From NCBI GenBank assembly GCA_003230435.1, contig QIDW01000225.1, positions 1-38,470 on the forward strand: a stretch of 38,470 bases of DNA, written 5' to 3'. The stretch's first letter is position 1. Each line of letters starts with the position of its first letter. This stretch comes from Acidimicrobiia bacterium (GTDB lineage: Bacteria > Actinomycetota > Acidimicrobiia > Spongiisociales > ZC4RG35). The notes under the pieces are model-generated. The model had not been told where the DNA came from and did not search any database. It saw only the letters and a list, made by a program, of their open reading frames with translations. The translations under genes were made by a program, and so were the position numbers. This document shows positions 21,037-30,754 of the stretch, piece by piece.

Positions 21037-22449
21037 CTATGCGTGTTTGGCTTGCTCCCACCTGACGTTCAAAGCGTCGAGGTCGAGACCGTCAAGTGTT
21101 CCCTTCGCCTCCATACGGCGAAAACGCTCCTCAAAACGATCGGTTGCCCCCCGAAGGGCCACTTCCGCGTCCAGGTCGAGATGCCGGGCCAGATTGACCA
21201 CCGAGAACAGCACATCTCCAAGCTCTGCCTCGATATCACCGTCGCCCGACATGGCGGCCCTCAGTTCGCCAAACTCCTCATTGATCTTCGGCAGTACTGC
21301 AGCGGCCTCGTCCCAGTCGAAACCAACCTTGGCGACCCTATTCTGGATCTTTGCCGCCCGATGCAACCCTGGCATTCCCGGCGGAACCCCGTCGAGCGCC
21401 GACTCGTCACCGGTCTCTCCCCTCTCCTCCGTCTTGATGCGATCCCAATTGGCTTTGACCTCTGCGGCAGATGACACCTCGATGTCGCCAAAGACATGAG
21501 GATGTCGTCGCACCAGTTTCTGACGCATCCCCTCGGCCACGTCATCGATGTCGAACACGCCGTTCTCGCGGGCGATGACGGAGTGGAAGAGCACCTGAAG
21601 AAGCACGTCTCCAAGCTCGTCCTCGACCTCTGCGTAGGCCATCAATTCAGGATCAATTTCGTCGAGACGCTGGATCGCGTCGATGAGCTCGTAGGACTCC
21701 TCGACCAGGTTCTTGATCAGACTGCGATGAGTCTGGTCTTTGTCCCAAGGGCACTCGGTGCGGAGTCGTCTCATGGTGCGCACCGCACCGACAAGTCCTG
21801 CCGGTTCCGCGTCGATGTACAGCGATGTCCGAAACCCGGCCAGAGACGAGTCCACGTTTTCAGGCAAGGACTCAGTGACCACGGCATCCGAAGCACCCAG
21901 ACCCACCAGCACCGTCACCATCGTCTCCTCGAGAGTCACACGGTCCACAGAGGCGCAAACATCCGCAAGGATCTCGGGTCGATCGAGATGGCCGATGATC
22001 GTCGGTTTGTCCAAGACCAGAGGATCTGCCAAGTCGTGGCCATTGAGGATTTGAAGACCTCGCTCGAGTGGGTCGCAACCGACTTCTGCGAGGATCGCAT
22101 CGACAAAGGACTCGCCGGGGATCACTTCGAGATCAAGGTCTCTGTCGAGGAGCTTGCGGACTGCGAACTCGCCCACCAACGGGCTCCCGGGTACGGCGTA
22201 CACGACGTCACCCGACTTCGAGGCTTCGATCACCCTGTTGGCGATGGCCTCATAAACGTCGTCGAAGGTGTCTCCCGACTGATAGAGATCATCGCAGAAG
22301 AGGACATCTCTCAGATCGGCCAGTTGGCGTGCTGACGGATGGTGTTCGCTGCGGACTACCACCGTCAACGTCGGATCGAGAAGAAGTGACTTCACCGCCT
22401 CCGGGACCCGGTCGAAATCGCCGGGGCCGAGACCGATGATCGTGATCAT
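21037..22449 (-). CDS. mazG: MazG NTP pyrophosphohydrolase fused to an N-terminal tetrapyrrole-methylase-like domain (YabN-type)
   Basis: 470-aa ORF. The N-terminus is MITIIGLGPGD...VYAVPGSPLVGE (TP-methylase fold). It is followed by two MazG repeats (EESYELIDAI...ELGDVLLQVLFH and EEFGELRAAM...ELGDVLFSVVNLARHL). Confidence 0.85.
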   Translation of the reverse strand: MITIIGLGPGDFDRVPEAVKSLLLDPTLTVVVRSEHHPSARQLADLRDVLFCDDLYQSGDTFDDVYEAIANRVIEASKSGDVVYAVPGSPLVGEFAVRKLLDRDLDLEVIPGESFVDAILAEVGCDPLERGLQILNGHDLADPLVLDKPTIIGHLDRPEILADVCASVDRVTLEETMVTVLVGLGASDAVVTESLPENVDSSLAGFRTSLYIDAEPAGLVGAVRTMRRLRTECPWDKDQTHRSLIKNLVEESYELIDAIQRLDEIDPELMAYAEVEDELGDVLLQVLFHSVIARENGVFDIDDVAEGMRQKLVRRHPHVFGDIEVSSAAEVKANWDRIKTEERGETGDESALDGVPPGMPGLHRAAKIQNRVAKVGFDWDEAAAVLPKINEEFGELRAAMSGDGDIEAELGDVLFSVVNLARHLDLDAEVALRGATDRFEERFRRMEAKGTLDGLDLDALNVRWEQAKHA

Positions 22450-23355
22450 TCGGTGGGGGCGATCACTCCGGGCTGCGGCGTCGTCTGCCAGATCCCATAC
22501 TCCTCAACAACTGTCACATCCGCAGATGTCATCTGCACGAGGAACCAGGTCTCGAGCTCGGCAGCCACGGCTGTCGCCTCCAGCGTGTCGGCGATCTCGT
22601 CTTCGGTGGGAAGATCACCTTCTGCCGGCTCGACCCGGTCGGTCACCAGCATCACGTGAAAACCGAACTGAGTCCCGACGAGGGTCTCGTAAACGTCACC
22701 AACCGGTGCGACCAAGGATGCGTCGCGGAACTCCGGGACGTATTGGCCGGCCGACCCACAAGGCAGGATTCCGTCGTTGGCTGCACTGCCCGGATCCTGG
22801 GATAGCTCTGTGGCGACCGCACCAAACTCTTCGCCGGCGTTAACGCGATCCATGGCATCCTGGGCCTCGGCTTCCGTATTCAACAGGATGTGAGACACGC
22901 AAACCTGAGTCAACGAGGCAACGGCTGTTTCCATCTCAGCATCAATATCTTCCTGTGAGGGGGCTGAGATATCTCCACTCAGCGCCTCGCGGACAGCACC
23001 ATCGAGCAGTCCCTGGCGTGCAATGTTGATAAGAAACTCCTCAGTGACCCCCCGGCTTGCGAGAAACTCCTCACGGGGCTCGTCGGCGTTGGCGGTTTCG
23101 TAGATGCGATCGGCCTCGGCGGCGACCTCTTCATCGGTGAACCCGATGCCGAATTGCTCGCTGGCGGCCACGTTGATGACCTCCCACTGAACTTCGAAGC
23201 CGAGGAACTGAGGATTCCTCCGGATCGATCAGACTTTCGACGTCGCCGACGGTGATGTCTGTTCCGTTGACGGTCGCGGCCACGGTGGATGAACCACCAC
23301 CACAGGCGCCGAGGCCGAGCGCGAGCAAAACGAGAATTGGGACGAGTTTTTTCAA
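22446..23355 (-). pseudogene. Lipoprotein peptidyl-prolyl isomerase (PpiC/parvulin type), interrupted by one frameshift
   Basis: ORF 23131..23355 carries the signal peptide and lipobox (MKKLVPILVLLALGLGAC) up to ...VESLIDPEE. ORF 22446..23171 carries the rest, including the rotamase domain (VCVSHILL...FGFHVMLV). Its frame is readable upstream as PQFLGFEVQWEVINVAASEQ. The frames change at about 23208-23220. Confidence 0.75.
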
Positions 23356-23454
23356 GAGAGATCCTTTGCAGGAGGAAGTTTGGCAGATGCTAGGTATTGG
23401 ACGTTCTTAAGGCGAAGACGGGTTCCCGGACGCTGTGGGACAAAACCTCGTTTG

Positions 23455-26400
23455 TCAGCTCTTCCACATCTCACCGACAAAACCCACCAGGTTCTCCATG
23501 AGCGGTTCGGTCGCCGGGATGAAAAGAGCTCCTTCAGCGGCCTGAAGAACGCTTGAGTCGCACCTCCTGGGAGGGCTTGAGGTCAACCGGCGAAATTCGT
23601 ATCTCATGACGAAGCTTGACGATCTCGACGACACCGACCCGGATTGCCTCGACACGCAGTTGGGCGAGTTCGATCAGCGCAACCGCTGCGGTGGGAAGTG
23701 GCCCAAATCGGTCAACCCACTCGGTCGCGACATCGCTCACATCGCTTTCGGTGATCGCGGCGGCAAGGCGGCGGTACGCCTCCAGTCGCAGCTCCTGGTC
23801 AGCTATGTACGACTCGGGGAGATGAGCGTCCACGGGAAGATCGATCCGGATCTCCGGCGGACCGGTGGCCTCGATCGGCTTGCCCTCCATTTCCTTCACC
23901 GCCTCGGCCACGAGTTCTGCGTAGAGATCGAATCCGACGGCTGCGATATGCCCGCTTTGGACCTCGCCCAGGATCGACCCCGCCCCACGAATCTCCAGGT
24001 CTCGCAGAGCCAGTTGGAATCCGGAACCCAGATCGGTCGACTCTCCGATCGCTTCGAGACGTCGGTGAGCGTCTTCGGTGAGTGATTGGTCCTGCGGATG
24101 GAAGAGGTAGGCGTAGGCCCTCTGACTCGACCGTCCCACACGGCCACGTAGCTGATACAACTGGGCAAGACCGAGGAGATCGGCGCGCTCGACGACCAAT
24201 GTGTTGACCTTGGGGAGATCGAGCCCCGACTCGATGATGGTCGTGGCCACCAGGACGTCATGCTCTCCGTTCCAGAAGTCGATCATCACCTGCTCGAGTT
24301 GCCCTTCGGACATCTGCCCGTGGGCAACCGCGAAACTGGCATCCGGCACCAACTCTTTCAAGCGTGCGACGGCGCGTTCGATCGACTGAACACGATTGTG
24401 AACGTAGAAGACCTGGCCCTCTCTGAGCAGTTCCCGCCTGATCGCTGCCGACACGGCCTGTTCATCGAAGGGGCCCACGTAGGTGAGGATGGGATGACGA
24501 TCCTCGGGCGGTGTGCGAATGTGAGACACATCCCGAATCCCGGTATCGGGGTGGCCGTGAGTGTGAGGACATCCACTCCAACCTTGAGCCGCTTCATAGC
24601 GTCCTTGGCGTTCACCCCGAATCGCTGCTCCTCATCTATGACCAGCAGCCCGAGGCTTTTGAACCGGATGTCCTCCGATAGAAGTCGGTGGGTGCCGATG
24701 ACGAGATCCACCTCACCCGTAGCCAAACCCTCAACTACCTGCTTCTGCTGCTTGGTGGTGAGAAACCTCGACAAAACCTCGACCCGAACCGGATAGGGGG
24801 CAAACCGCTGGGAGAACACCTGGTGATGCTGTTGGGCGAGAAGGGTCGTGGGACAGAGGATGGCGACCTGGCGGCCATCCTGAACCGCTTTGAAGGCTGC
24901 CCTGATGGCCACTTCAGTTTTTCCGAACCCGACATCCCCGAAGATGAGACGGTCCATGGGCGTGTTGGCTTCCATGTCGGTCTTGACATCTCCGATCGCC
25001 TTGAGTTGGTCCAGAGTCTCTTCAAACGGGAACGATGCCTCCAACTCGTGTTGCCATGGAGTGTCGCGTTCATAGGCGTGACCGGTGGCGAGGGCTCTTT
25101 GACGATGGAGTTCAACCACCTGAGCCGCCACGGCAGCCACAGCCTTGCGAACCCGGCTCTTCTGCTCCGACCAGTCTTTGCCGCCCATACGCGAAACCCG
25201 CGGCGCCTCACCGCCGGTATATCGCTTGACAGCGGCGAGTTGGTCAACAGGTACGTAGAGCTTGTCCCCTCTCGCGTATGCGACGATCAGGTAATCGCGC
25301 TCGATCCCGACCATCGTCCGAGAGACCAATCCCTCAAATCGGCCAATGCCATGCTGGAAATGGACGACATAGTCGCCTTCGGTGAGATCCTGGTATTGCT
25401 GCCGCGGAGGCGAGGAGATGCGACCCGTTCTGCGATGAGCCCGGCGTCTTCCCGCGATCTCCTGCTCGCCGAGAACCGCTACACCAAGGTCCGACGCGAC
25501 GAATCCCTTGTGTATCCCGACGGATACGACGGCGGACCTGGGATCGGCAAGGGCGTCGAGTCGATCGATGGCCAAACCCTGATCAGCGAGAACCCCGGTC
25601 ACGCGGTCGGCGGCGGATTCGCCGTCCATGGCGACAACGACGGTCATCTCCTTCTCGAGCAGCCGGTTCAGCCCAGCCGCCACCGATTCGGGGTCACCAG
25701 ATGTGGCGTCAAGAGAGGTGATCTTGAGCACGGGGTCAGCTGGACCCGTCGGCGTCGACAAAATGCGGAGATGAGCTCGACCCCGAATAGCGCTATCGAG
25801 ATCAAGAAACAAAGCCGGATGATTCCCTGCCTCCGGGGCTGCCTCGCCCCAGGTTGGAGCCAGTGCCGCAGCCAACTCGGCCTCCTCCTTGATCAGATCG
25901 CGGCAGCGATCCAAACTGCGTGTCGGATCTACCAGGGCAAGGTGGCCTGACGGAGCCAGCTCATCGATCATGCATCGCTCGTCGGCGAGCCATGGAAGCC
26001 ATGACTCGATGCCGGGGAACAACTGACCCTCGACGATGCGGTCCCACGTCGAGGCGGCCCAAGCTTCCGCCGTCACCAAGCCCGCCGCACGTTTCCGAAT
26101 AGCTGAGTCCGGTCTCACCTCCCGAGCCGGGTAGGCGACGAATCGCTCGACTGGATCGAGTGACCTCTGGGTCGCGACGGAGAACTGCCGAATCTCGTCC
26201 AACCGGTCCCCCCAGAAGTCAAGACGAATCGGCTGATCGGCCTGACCGGGGAAAACGTCAACGATCCCTCCTCGAACCGCGAACTCACCTCGTGCCTCCA
26301 CACGGTCCGTGCGGTGGTACCCGGCTTTTGCAAGATCCCGTGTGAGGCCATCCATCTCGATCTCCTCACCGGCATTCAGAGACAGAGGGGCCACATCTGA

Positions 26401-26766
26401 ATCACTGAGTCGTTGGATCGCACTTCTGACGCTGGCAACGATGATCGTCGGCGAGCCCACTGCCAACCGATGGCGTGCTTCAGCACGCTGTGTCATGGTC
26501 GCGGTGTTGGGTGAGACGTGTTCGAATGGAAGGGTCTCCCAGGCCGGAGCGAACACAACATCGCTGGTGAAGAGCTTGAGGTCGTCGACGAGCTCTTCGG
26601 CGTCACTCTCCCCCGGCAGAATCACCAGCAATGTACGGCTCAGGCTCTCGAACAGCCCTGCCAGTGCGAATGCCCTGCCCCCGGGCGCGACCGCCCAGAC
26701 CGAGTCGAGATCGGGCAACGGCGCGGAACGCCACCCCGAAAGAAGAGGTGCCAATGGAGCAGCCAT
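23455..26766 (-). pseudogene. mfd: Transcription-repair coupling factor Mfd, disrupted twice
   Basis: Starts at ATG 26766 (MAAPLAPLL). It has Walker A FGDVGFGKTEVA and the DEEQRFG box. At about 24540 the sequence goes LTLTATPIP | GIRDVSHIRTPPEDR with a frame change, and the conserved RTLxMxxx segment is absent. A second frameshift at about 23537-23552 separates ...EVRLKR from the tail LQAAEGALFIPATEPLMENLVGFVGEMWKS-stop (23455). Confidence 0.85.
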
Positions 26767-26805
26767 GAGGACCGGCGATGTTACAAGTAAACGCTCTCTT
26801 CCTTC

Positions 26806-26840
26806 TAAGTGCTCTCCAACGCAGGTGCGGTCGCATGTTT
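26806..26840. repeat. Intergenic motif copy S3 (TAAGTGCTCTCCAACG-N7-GGTCGCATGTTT)
   Basis: Located in the 162-nt gap between the BASS gene stop (26929) and the mfd start (26766). It shares a 14-mer with 1007-1020 and a 12-mer with 2974-2985 at the same offset. Confidence 0.55.
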
Positions 26841-26928
26841 CGGCGAGACAGGGGCGTCGCATCGCCAGGACGCAGGACAAAGGCGCACCCGTAGCGGTGC
26901 GTCGAGGACGAGGACACCGCGAGCGGCG

Positions 26929-27807
26929 TCATCTGTCCGTTGAAACATCAGTGCATTTGCGTTGGGGGGCACTAGCCCGCCGACCAAGCTCGGCGGCGAG
27001 CGGCAGCAGAACCAGCAACATCACCACCGACGCCAACATGACCATGACGAAGACCCCTCCGTCACCGGCGAAACTCGTCGTGGCGATGAGAAGAGCTGCC
27101 GAAAGGTTCCGCTGGGCCGTGCCCAGGACTGTTACGACCCTGGTGGAACGGTCCTTCCCTCCGAGCAAATACCCGGCAGCCAGCGTTGCTACGACAAAGA
27201 GGATCAAGGCGATGTACGCGCCCGTACCGAAGGATTCGATCAGTGTCGGCATGACGACCACGATCGCGAGGACCGCACCGAGTATCAGAGCCATCGCCGA
27301 GATCTGATTCAAGCCCGGCACTATGTTCTTGGTTTCGTCATATCTGGCCCGCACCACCAGGGCCAGGCCGAGCGGCAACAGCAACCCCAGAAGCAGCGGC
27401 TTTGCTATCTCCCAGGCACTCACCTCAACGGACTCGATCAGAGAGCCCAAGACCAGAGGGATGAAAGCAACTGTCACCACCATGAGGAGGGTCATCAGGC
27501 CCACCGCGTAGGCGACATCTCCCTTCGCCATCTGAGCAAGCTTGGGGAGCATGGGAGTACCTGCAGCACTTCCTACAACGATCAGTCCCAACGCCGTGGA
27601 GTCACTCAGCCCCACCAACTCTGCGATACCCCAGGCGGCAAGTGGTGCCAGGACGAAGTTCGCTAACAGGGCCTGAGCAACGAGCCCCAGGTTCTTGAGA
27701 GGCTCGAGGATCTGAGTCACGGTGAGGGAGAGCCCCATCGACACCATGCTGGTGAGGACGAACGTCAGGATGGCCAGATTGGCCATCATGGCGAGCGGCT
27801 CTGTCAT
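26929..27807 (-). CDS. Bile acid:sodium symporter (BASS/SBF) family transporter
   Basis: 292-aa polytopic ORF: FVLTSMVSMGLSLT...LANFVLAPLAAWGIA...VVGSAAGTPM is an SBF-like pattern. Confidence 0.8.
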   Translation of the reverse strand: MTEPLAMMANLAILTFVLTSMVSMGLSLTVTQILEPLKNLGLVAQALLANFVLAPLAAWGIAELVGLSDSTALGLIVVGSAAGTPMLPKLAQMAKGDVAYAVGLMTLLMVVTVAFIPLVLGSLIESVEVSAWEIAKPLLLGLLLPLGLALVVRARYDETKNIVPGLNQISAMALILGAVLAIVVVMPTLIESFGTGAYIALILFVVATLAAGYLLGGKDRSTRVVTVLGTAQRNLSAALLIATTSFAGDGGVFVMVMLASVVMLLVLLPLAAELGRRASAPQRKCTDVSTDR

Positions 27808-27813
27808 CCCCGT

Positions 27814-29739
27814 CTATTCCTTCGCAGCCGTTCCAGGCATCATCTCAAAGAGAAGATCGAAGTCGATGAGTGCGCCGAAGAGGGCATGTAACCCGCTCGC
27901 GTCGCCATCGATGGACCCCTTCCCTGCCTCGATCAGTCCGTCGAACGTCGAGTTCCCCACGATCACGTCTTCGAAATCGGCGCGGTCGATAGCCACCGAG
28001 AACGTGGGGTCGGACGCGGCGAAGCCGACCTGAGTGGTCAGAGTGCCGTTGGAAAGCTCCAGGACAAGCTTCTCACCGGTGTCAGGATGTTCGACGTTTG
28101 CCACGAACTCGACATCGGAGACCTGTGAACTATCCAACCGAATCGCCAGATAATCGAAGAACATCTCGGTTGTGAGCGCGCTGAGAAGATCGGGACTCGA
28201 AGTCAATGGGGGTGTTCCCGCAGGGATCCCCGACCGCAACTCGAACGCGGCGCTGAGGAAACTATTCCTTACGCTTGGACTCTCCTGCTGATACCCGATC
28301 TGCTCGAAGATGTCGGCAAGGAGACCTTTAGCCTCGACGTTGTCGGGTTCGGCGTAGACGAGTTTGTTGACGATCTCCTGTGCCTCGCGATATCGGCCCT
28401 CGTCGTAAAGCTCTTTTCCTTTGGCCAGGATGGGTTCCGATCCGCCCATCATATCGACGTACAGAGGCGCCGATGCGTGCGGCGAGAGAGGTATCAGAGT
28501 CGTCGGGTTTCCATCCCAGTAGCCCAAATAACGGTTGATGACTGCCCGACTGTTGTGCTCGACGGATCCGTGGTAACTCCTTGCGATCCACTGTTTTCGC
28601 AGAGAGAGCGGTGGCTCGTAGACGTTGTGGATCTCATTGACGGTCACACCCTGATTGGCCAGGTGCAGCACACCGTTGTTGAGATGTGCGTAGGCATCTC
28701 GCTGACCTCGCAAGACCTCTTGAATCCGCTCATTTCCCCATCGCGGCCAATTGTGCGAAGCGAACATCACTTCTGCCTCCTGGCCGAAGAGATACAACGC
28801 CTCGCCGATCTTCTTCGACCACAGCAAAGCGTCCCGAATGAGGGCTCCTCGCAGCGTGTAGATGTTGTGAATCGTGGCGGTCACATTCTCGGCGGCCCAG
28901 AACGCCTTGAGGTCCGGGAAGTAGGTATTCATCTCTGCCGGGGCTTCGGTACCGGGCGTGCTGTGAAAGATCATGCGCACCCCGTCGATGACGTGTTCTT
29001 CGATTTCATCGGTGATGACCAGAGTCGGGGCGATGAGACTCATCACCCCGGCGGCCACACTCTTGCCGATGGCCTGGTCGACATGACCGTGGGAGTTGGC
29101 GGGAGTTAGAGCTCCGTATTGAAAGAAAGCACGGCGTCTCATCGCATTGCCGGCATACACAGCCTCAGCGACGGCATGTTCCATGAAACCCTCAGGAACG
29201 ATGATCGGGACCTTCCCCGAGCGAACGTCAGCATTGTCCACAACGCCGCGAACGCCACCAAAATGGTCGACGTGAGAGTGGGAGTGCACAACCGCGCTGA
29301 CGGGTCGTTCTCCTAACTGCTCATTGACGAAGGCCAGGGCGGCTCGGGCGGTCTCGACAGCCGTGGCAGTGTCGAAAATGATCCAACCGGTTTCACCTTG
29401 AATGAACGTCACATTGGAGAGGTCGAAGCCCCGCACCTGCCAGATCCCCGGCAACACCTCGTAGAGGCCGTAGCCCATGTTGAGCATTGCTTGACGCTGT
29501 AGAGAAGGGTGGATGCTGTCAAAGTCCTCGCCCTGCAAAAGGAAGTCGTACCGCCCCATATCCCAGGCGACGTTGCCGGCATCGGCCATGATCTGGGTGT
29601 AGTCGGGCGCAGCCACGAACCCACGACGATGCTCTTCAAAATCACGCTCATCATCGAAGGGCAAGGCCTCGCGCTGGTTGGCTTGGAACTCTTTAGTGAA
29701 TGACGACGGCTCTTTGCCGTCGGGGTGAAAATGGGACAC
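27814..29739 (-). CDS. Alkyl/aryl-sulfatase, metallo-beta-lactamase fold (SdsA1/YjcS type)
   Basis: 641-aa ORF with the HSHSHVDHFGG (HxHxDH) motif, followed by dimerisation and SCP2-like C-terminal regions, laid out as in type III sulfatases. Confidence 0.85.
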   Translation of the reverse strand: MSHFHPDGKEPSSFTKEFQANQREALPFDDERDFEEHRRGFVAAPDYTQIMADAGNVAWDMGRYDFLLQGEDFDSIHPSLQRQAMLNMGYGLYEVLPGIWQVRGFDLSNVTFIQGETGWIIFDTATAVETARAALAFVNEQLGERPVSAVVHSHSHVDHFGGVRGVVDNADVRSGKVPIIVPEGFMEHAVAEAVYAGNAMRRRAFFQYGALTPANSHGHVDQAIGKSVAAGVMSLIAPTLVITDEIEEHVIDGVRMIFHSTPGTEAPAEMNTYFPDLKAFWAAENVTATIHNIYTLRGALIRDALLWSKKIGEALYLFGQEAEVMFASHNWPRWGNERIQEVLRGQRDAYAHLNNGVLHLANQGVTVNEIHNVYEPPLSLRKQWIARSYHGSVEHNSRAVINRYLGYWDGNPTTLIPLSPHASAPLYVDMMGGSEPILAKGKELYDEGRYREAQEIVNKLVYAEPDNVEAKGLLADIFEQIGYQQESPSVRNSFLSAAFELRSGIPAGTPPLTSSPDLLSALTTEMFFDYLAIRLDSSQVSDVEFVANVEHPDTGEKLVLELSNGTLTTQVGFAASDPTFSVAIDRADFEDVIVGNSTFDGLIEAGKGSIDGDASGLHALFGALIDFDLLFEMMPGTAAKE

Positions 29740-29776
29740 TGCTTACCTTTACTGACCGGGATTGGACCTCGGGACT

Positions 29777-30754
29777 TTAGACTCGGTGGAGGAGTCCCTC
29801 ATCCGCGAACCATTCGAGGGTGCGGCGGATCGTTTCCCTCACCGGGGTGTAACGAAGACCGAGTTCCCTCGTTGCACGACTGCCGTCGTAGCGATGACCG
29901 TGGTTGATAACCCTTACTGCCTCTCGACAGATCGGTGGTTGCCGACGGATCACTCCGAAGACGAGCTCCACCACCACCGAGATGGCGTAGATGACACTGG
30001 TCGGGAGAAAACGAGGAGAAACATGGTGATCTGTCATCTCAGACAACAGAGCGACCGCTTCTCGCATCGTCAGAGTCGCGCCACTCAAGAGATATCGCTC
30101 ACCGGCGACTCCGCGCTCAGCCGCAAGAAGGTGGCCTCGGGCACAGTCGTCGATATCGACCAGGGAGACCGTCGTGTCAATCAGGAAGGGCAGCCTCCCC
30201 CTCGTGGCATTGAGAAGGATTCGGCCAGTTCCGGTCGCCCGTCCGGGGCCCTGAACCGACGACGGGTTGACCGCCACGACATCCAGGCCGCGCGCCTCGG
30301 AGAAGAGAAGTCGCTCCGCTTCGGTCTTGGTCCGCTCGTACTCCGATAGGTAGAACCCCCGGTGAGTGGCGAACTCGGTGGCGACCTCACCTTTCTGGCT
30401 GCCGAGGGTTACCACCGATGAAGTGTGGATCATCCTCGAAACTCGGGCGTCCCGACATGCACTCATCATGATTCGGGTCCCTTCGACGTTGACCCGCCAC
30501 ATGTGGTTTGGGTCCCTGGTGCACATCTGGTTCACCCCGGCAATGTGAAACACCCACTCGCAGCCGTCGACCAGCGAGCGAATGCTGTCGTGGTCGAGGA
30601 CATCTCCGGGGATTGGTGTGGCACCGAGAGATGCAAGTTTGGCCCCGGATTCTGTCGAGTGGGCAAGGGCTTTCACCTCATGCCCGGACTCAACGAGATG
30701 GCTGGTCACCGCGGTCCCGACCACACCTGAGCCGCCAGTGACGGCGACCCTCAC
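29777..30754 (-). CDS. NAD-dependent epimerase/dehydratase family SDR
   Basis: GTG 30754 (GTGA overlap with the pgsA stop) gives VRVAVTGGSGVVGTAV (Rossmann GxxGxxG). A catalytic YERTK (YxxxK) is present. Confidence 0.8.
   Translation of the reverse strand: MRVAVTGGSGVVGTAVTSHLVESGHEVKALAHSTESGAKLASLGATPIPGDVLDHDSIRSLVDGCEWVFHIAGVNQMCTRDPNHMWRVNVEGTRIMMSACRDARVSRMIHTSSVVTLGSQKGEVATEFATHRGFYLSEYERTKTEAERLLFSEARGLDVVAVNPSSVQGPGRATGTGRILLNATRGRLPFLIDTTVSLVDIDDCARGHLLAAERGVAGERYLLSGATLTMREAVALLSEMTDHHVSPRFLPTSVIYAISVVVELVFGVIRRQPPICREAVRVINHGHRYDGSRATRELGLRYTPVRETIRRTLEWFADEGLLHRV

Noticed and set aside
21496-22335. 279-aa plus-strand ORF (also 3370..4158 and 10092..10787)
   Set aside because: These are antisense to mazG, pyk and dapD respectively. 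The sense genes have strong family signatures.
24688-25950. 420-aa plus-strand ORF
   Set aside because: It is antisense to mfd and has no recognisable motifs. The composition is the GC-rich antisense artefact.
26309-27307. 332-aa plus-strand ORF spanning the mfd 5' end, the intergenic gap and the BASS gene
   Set aside because: It is antisense to two well-supported genes and Arg/Ser/Ala-rich with no domain signature.
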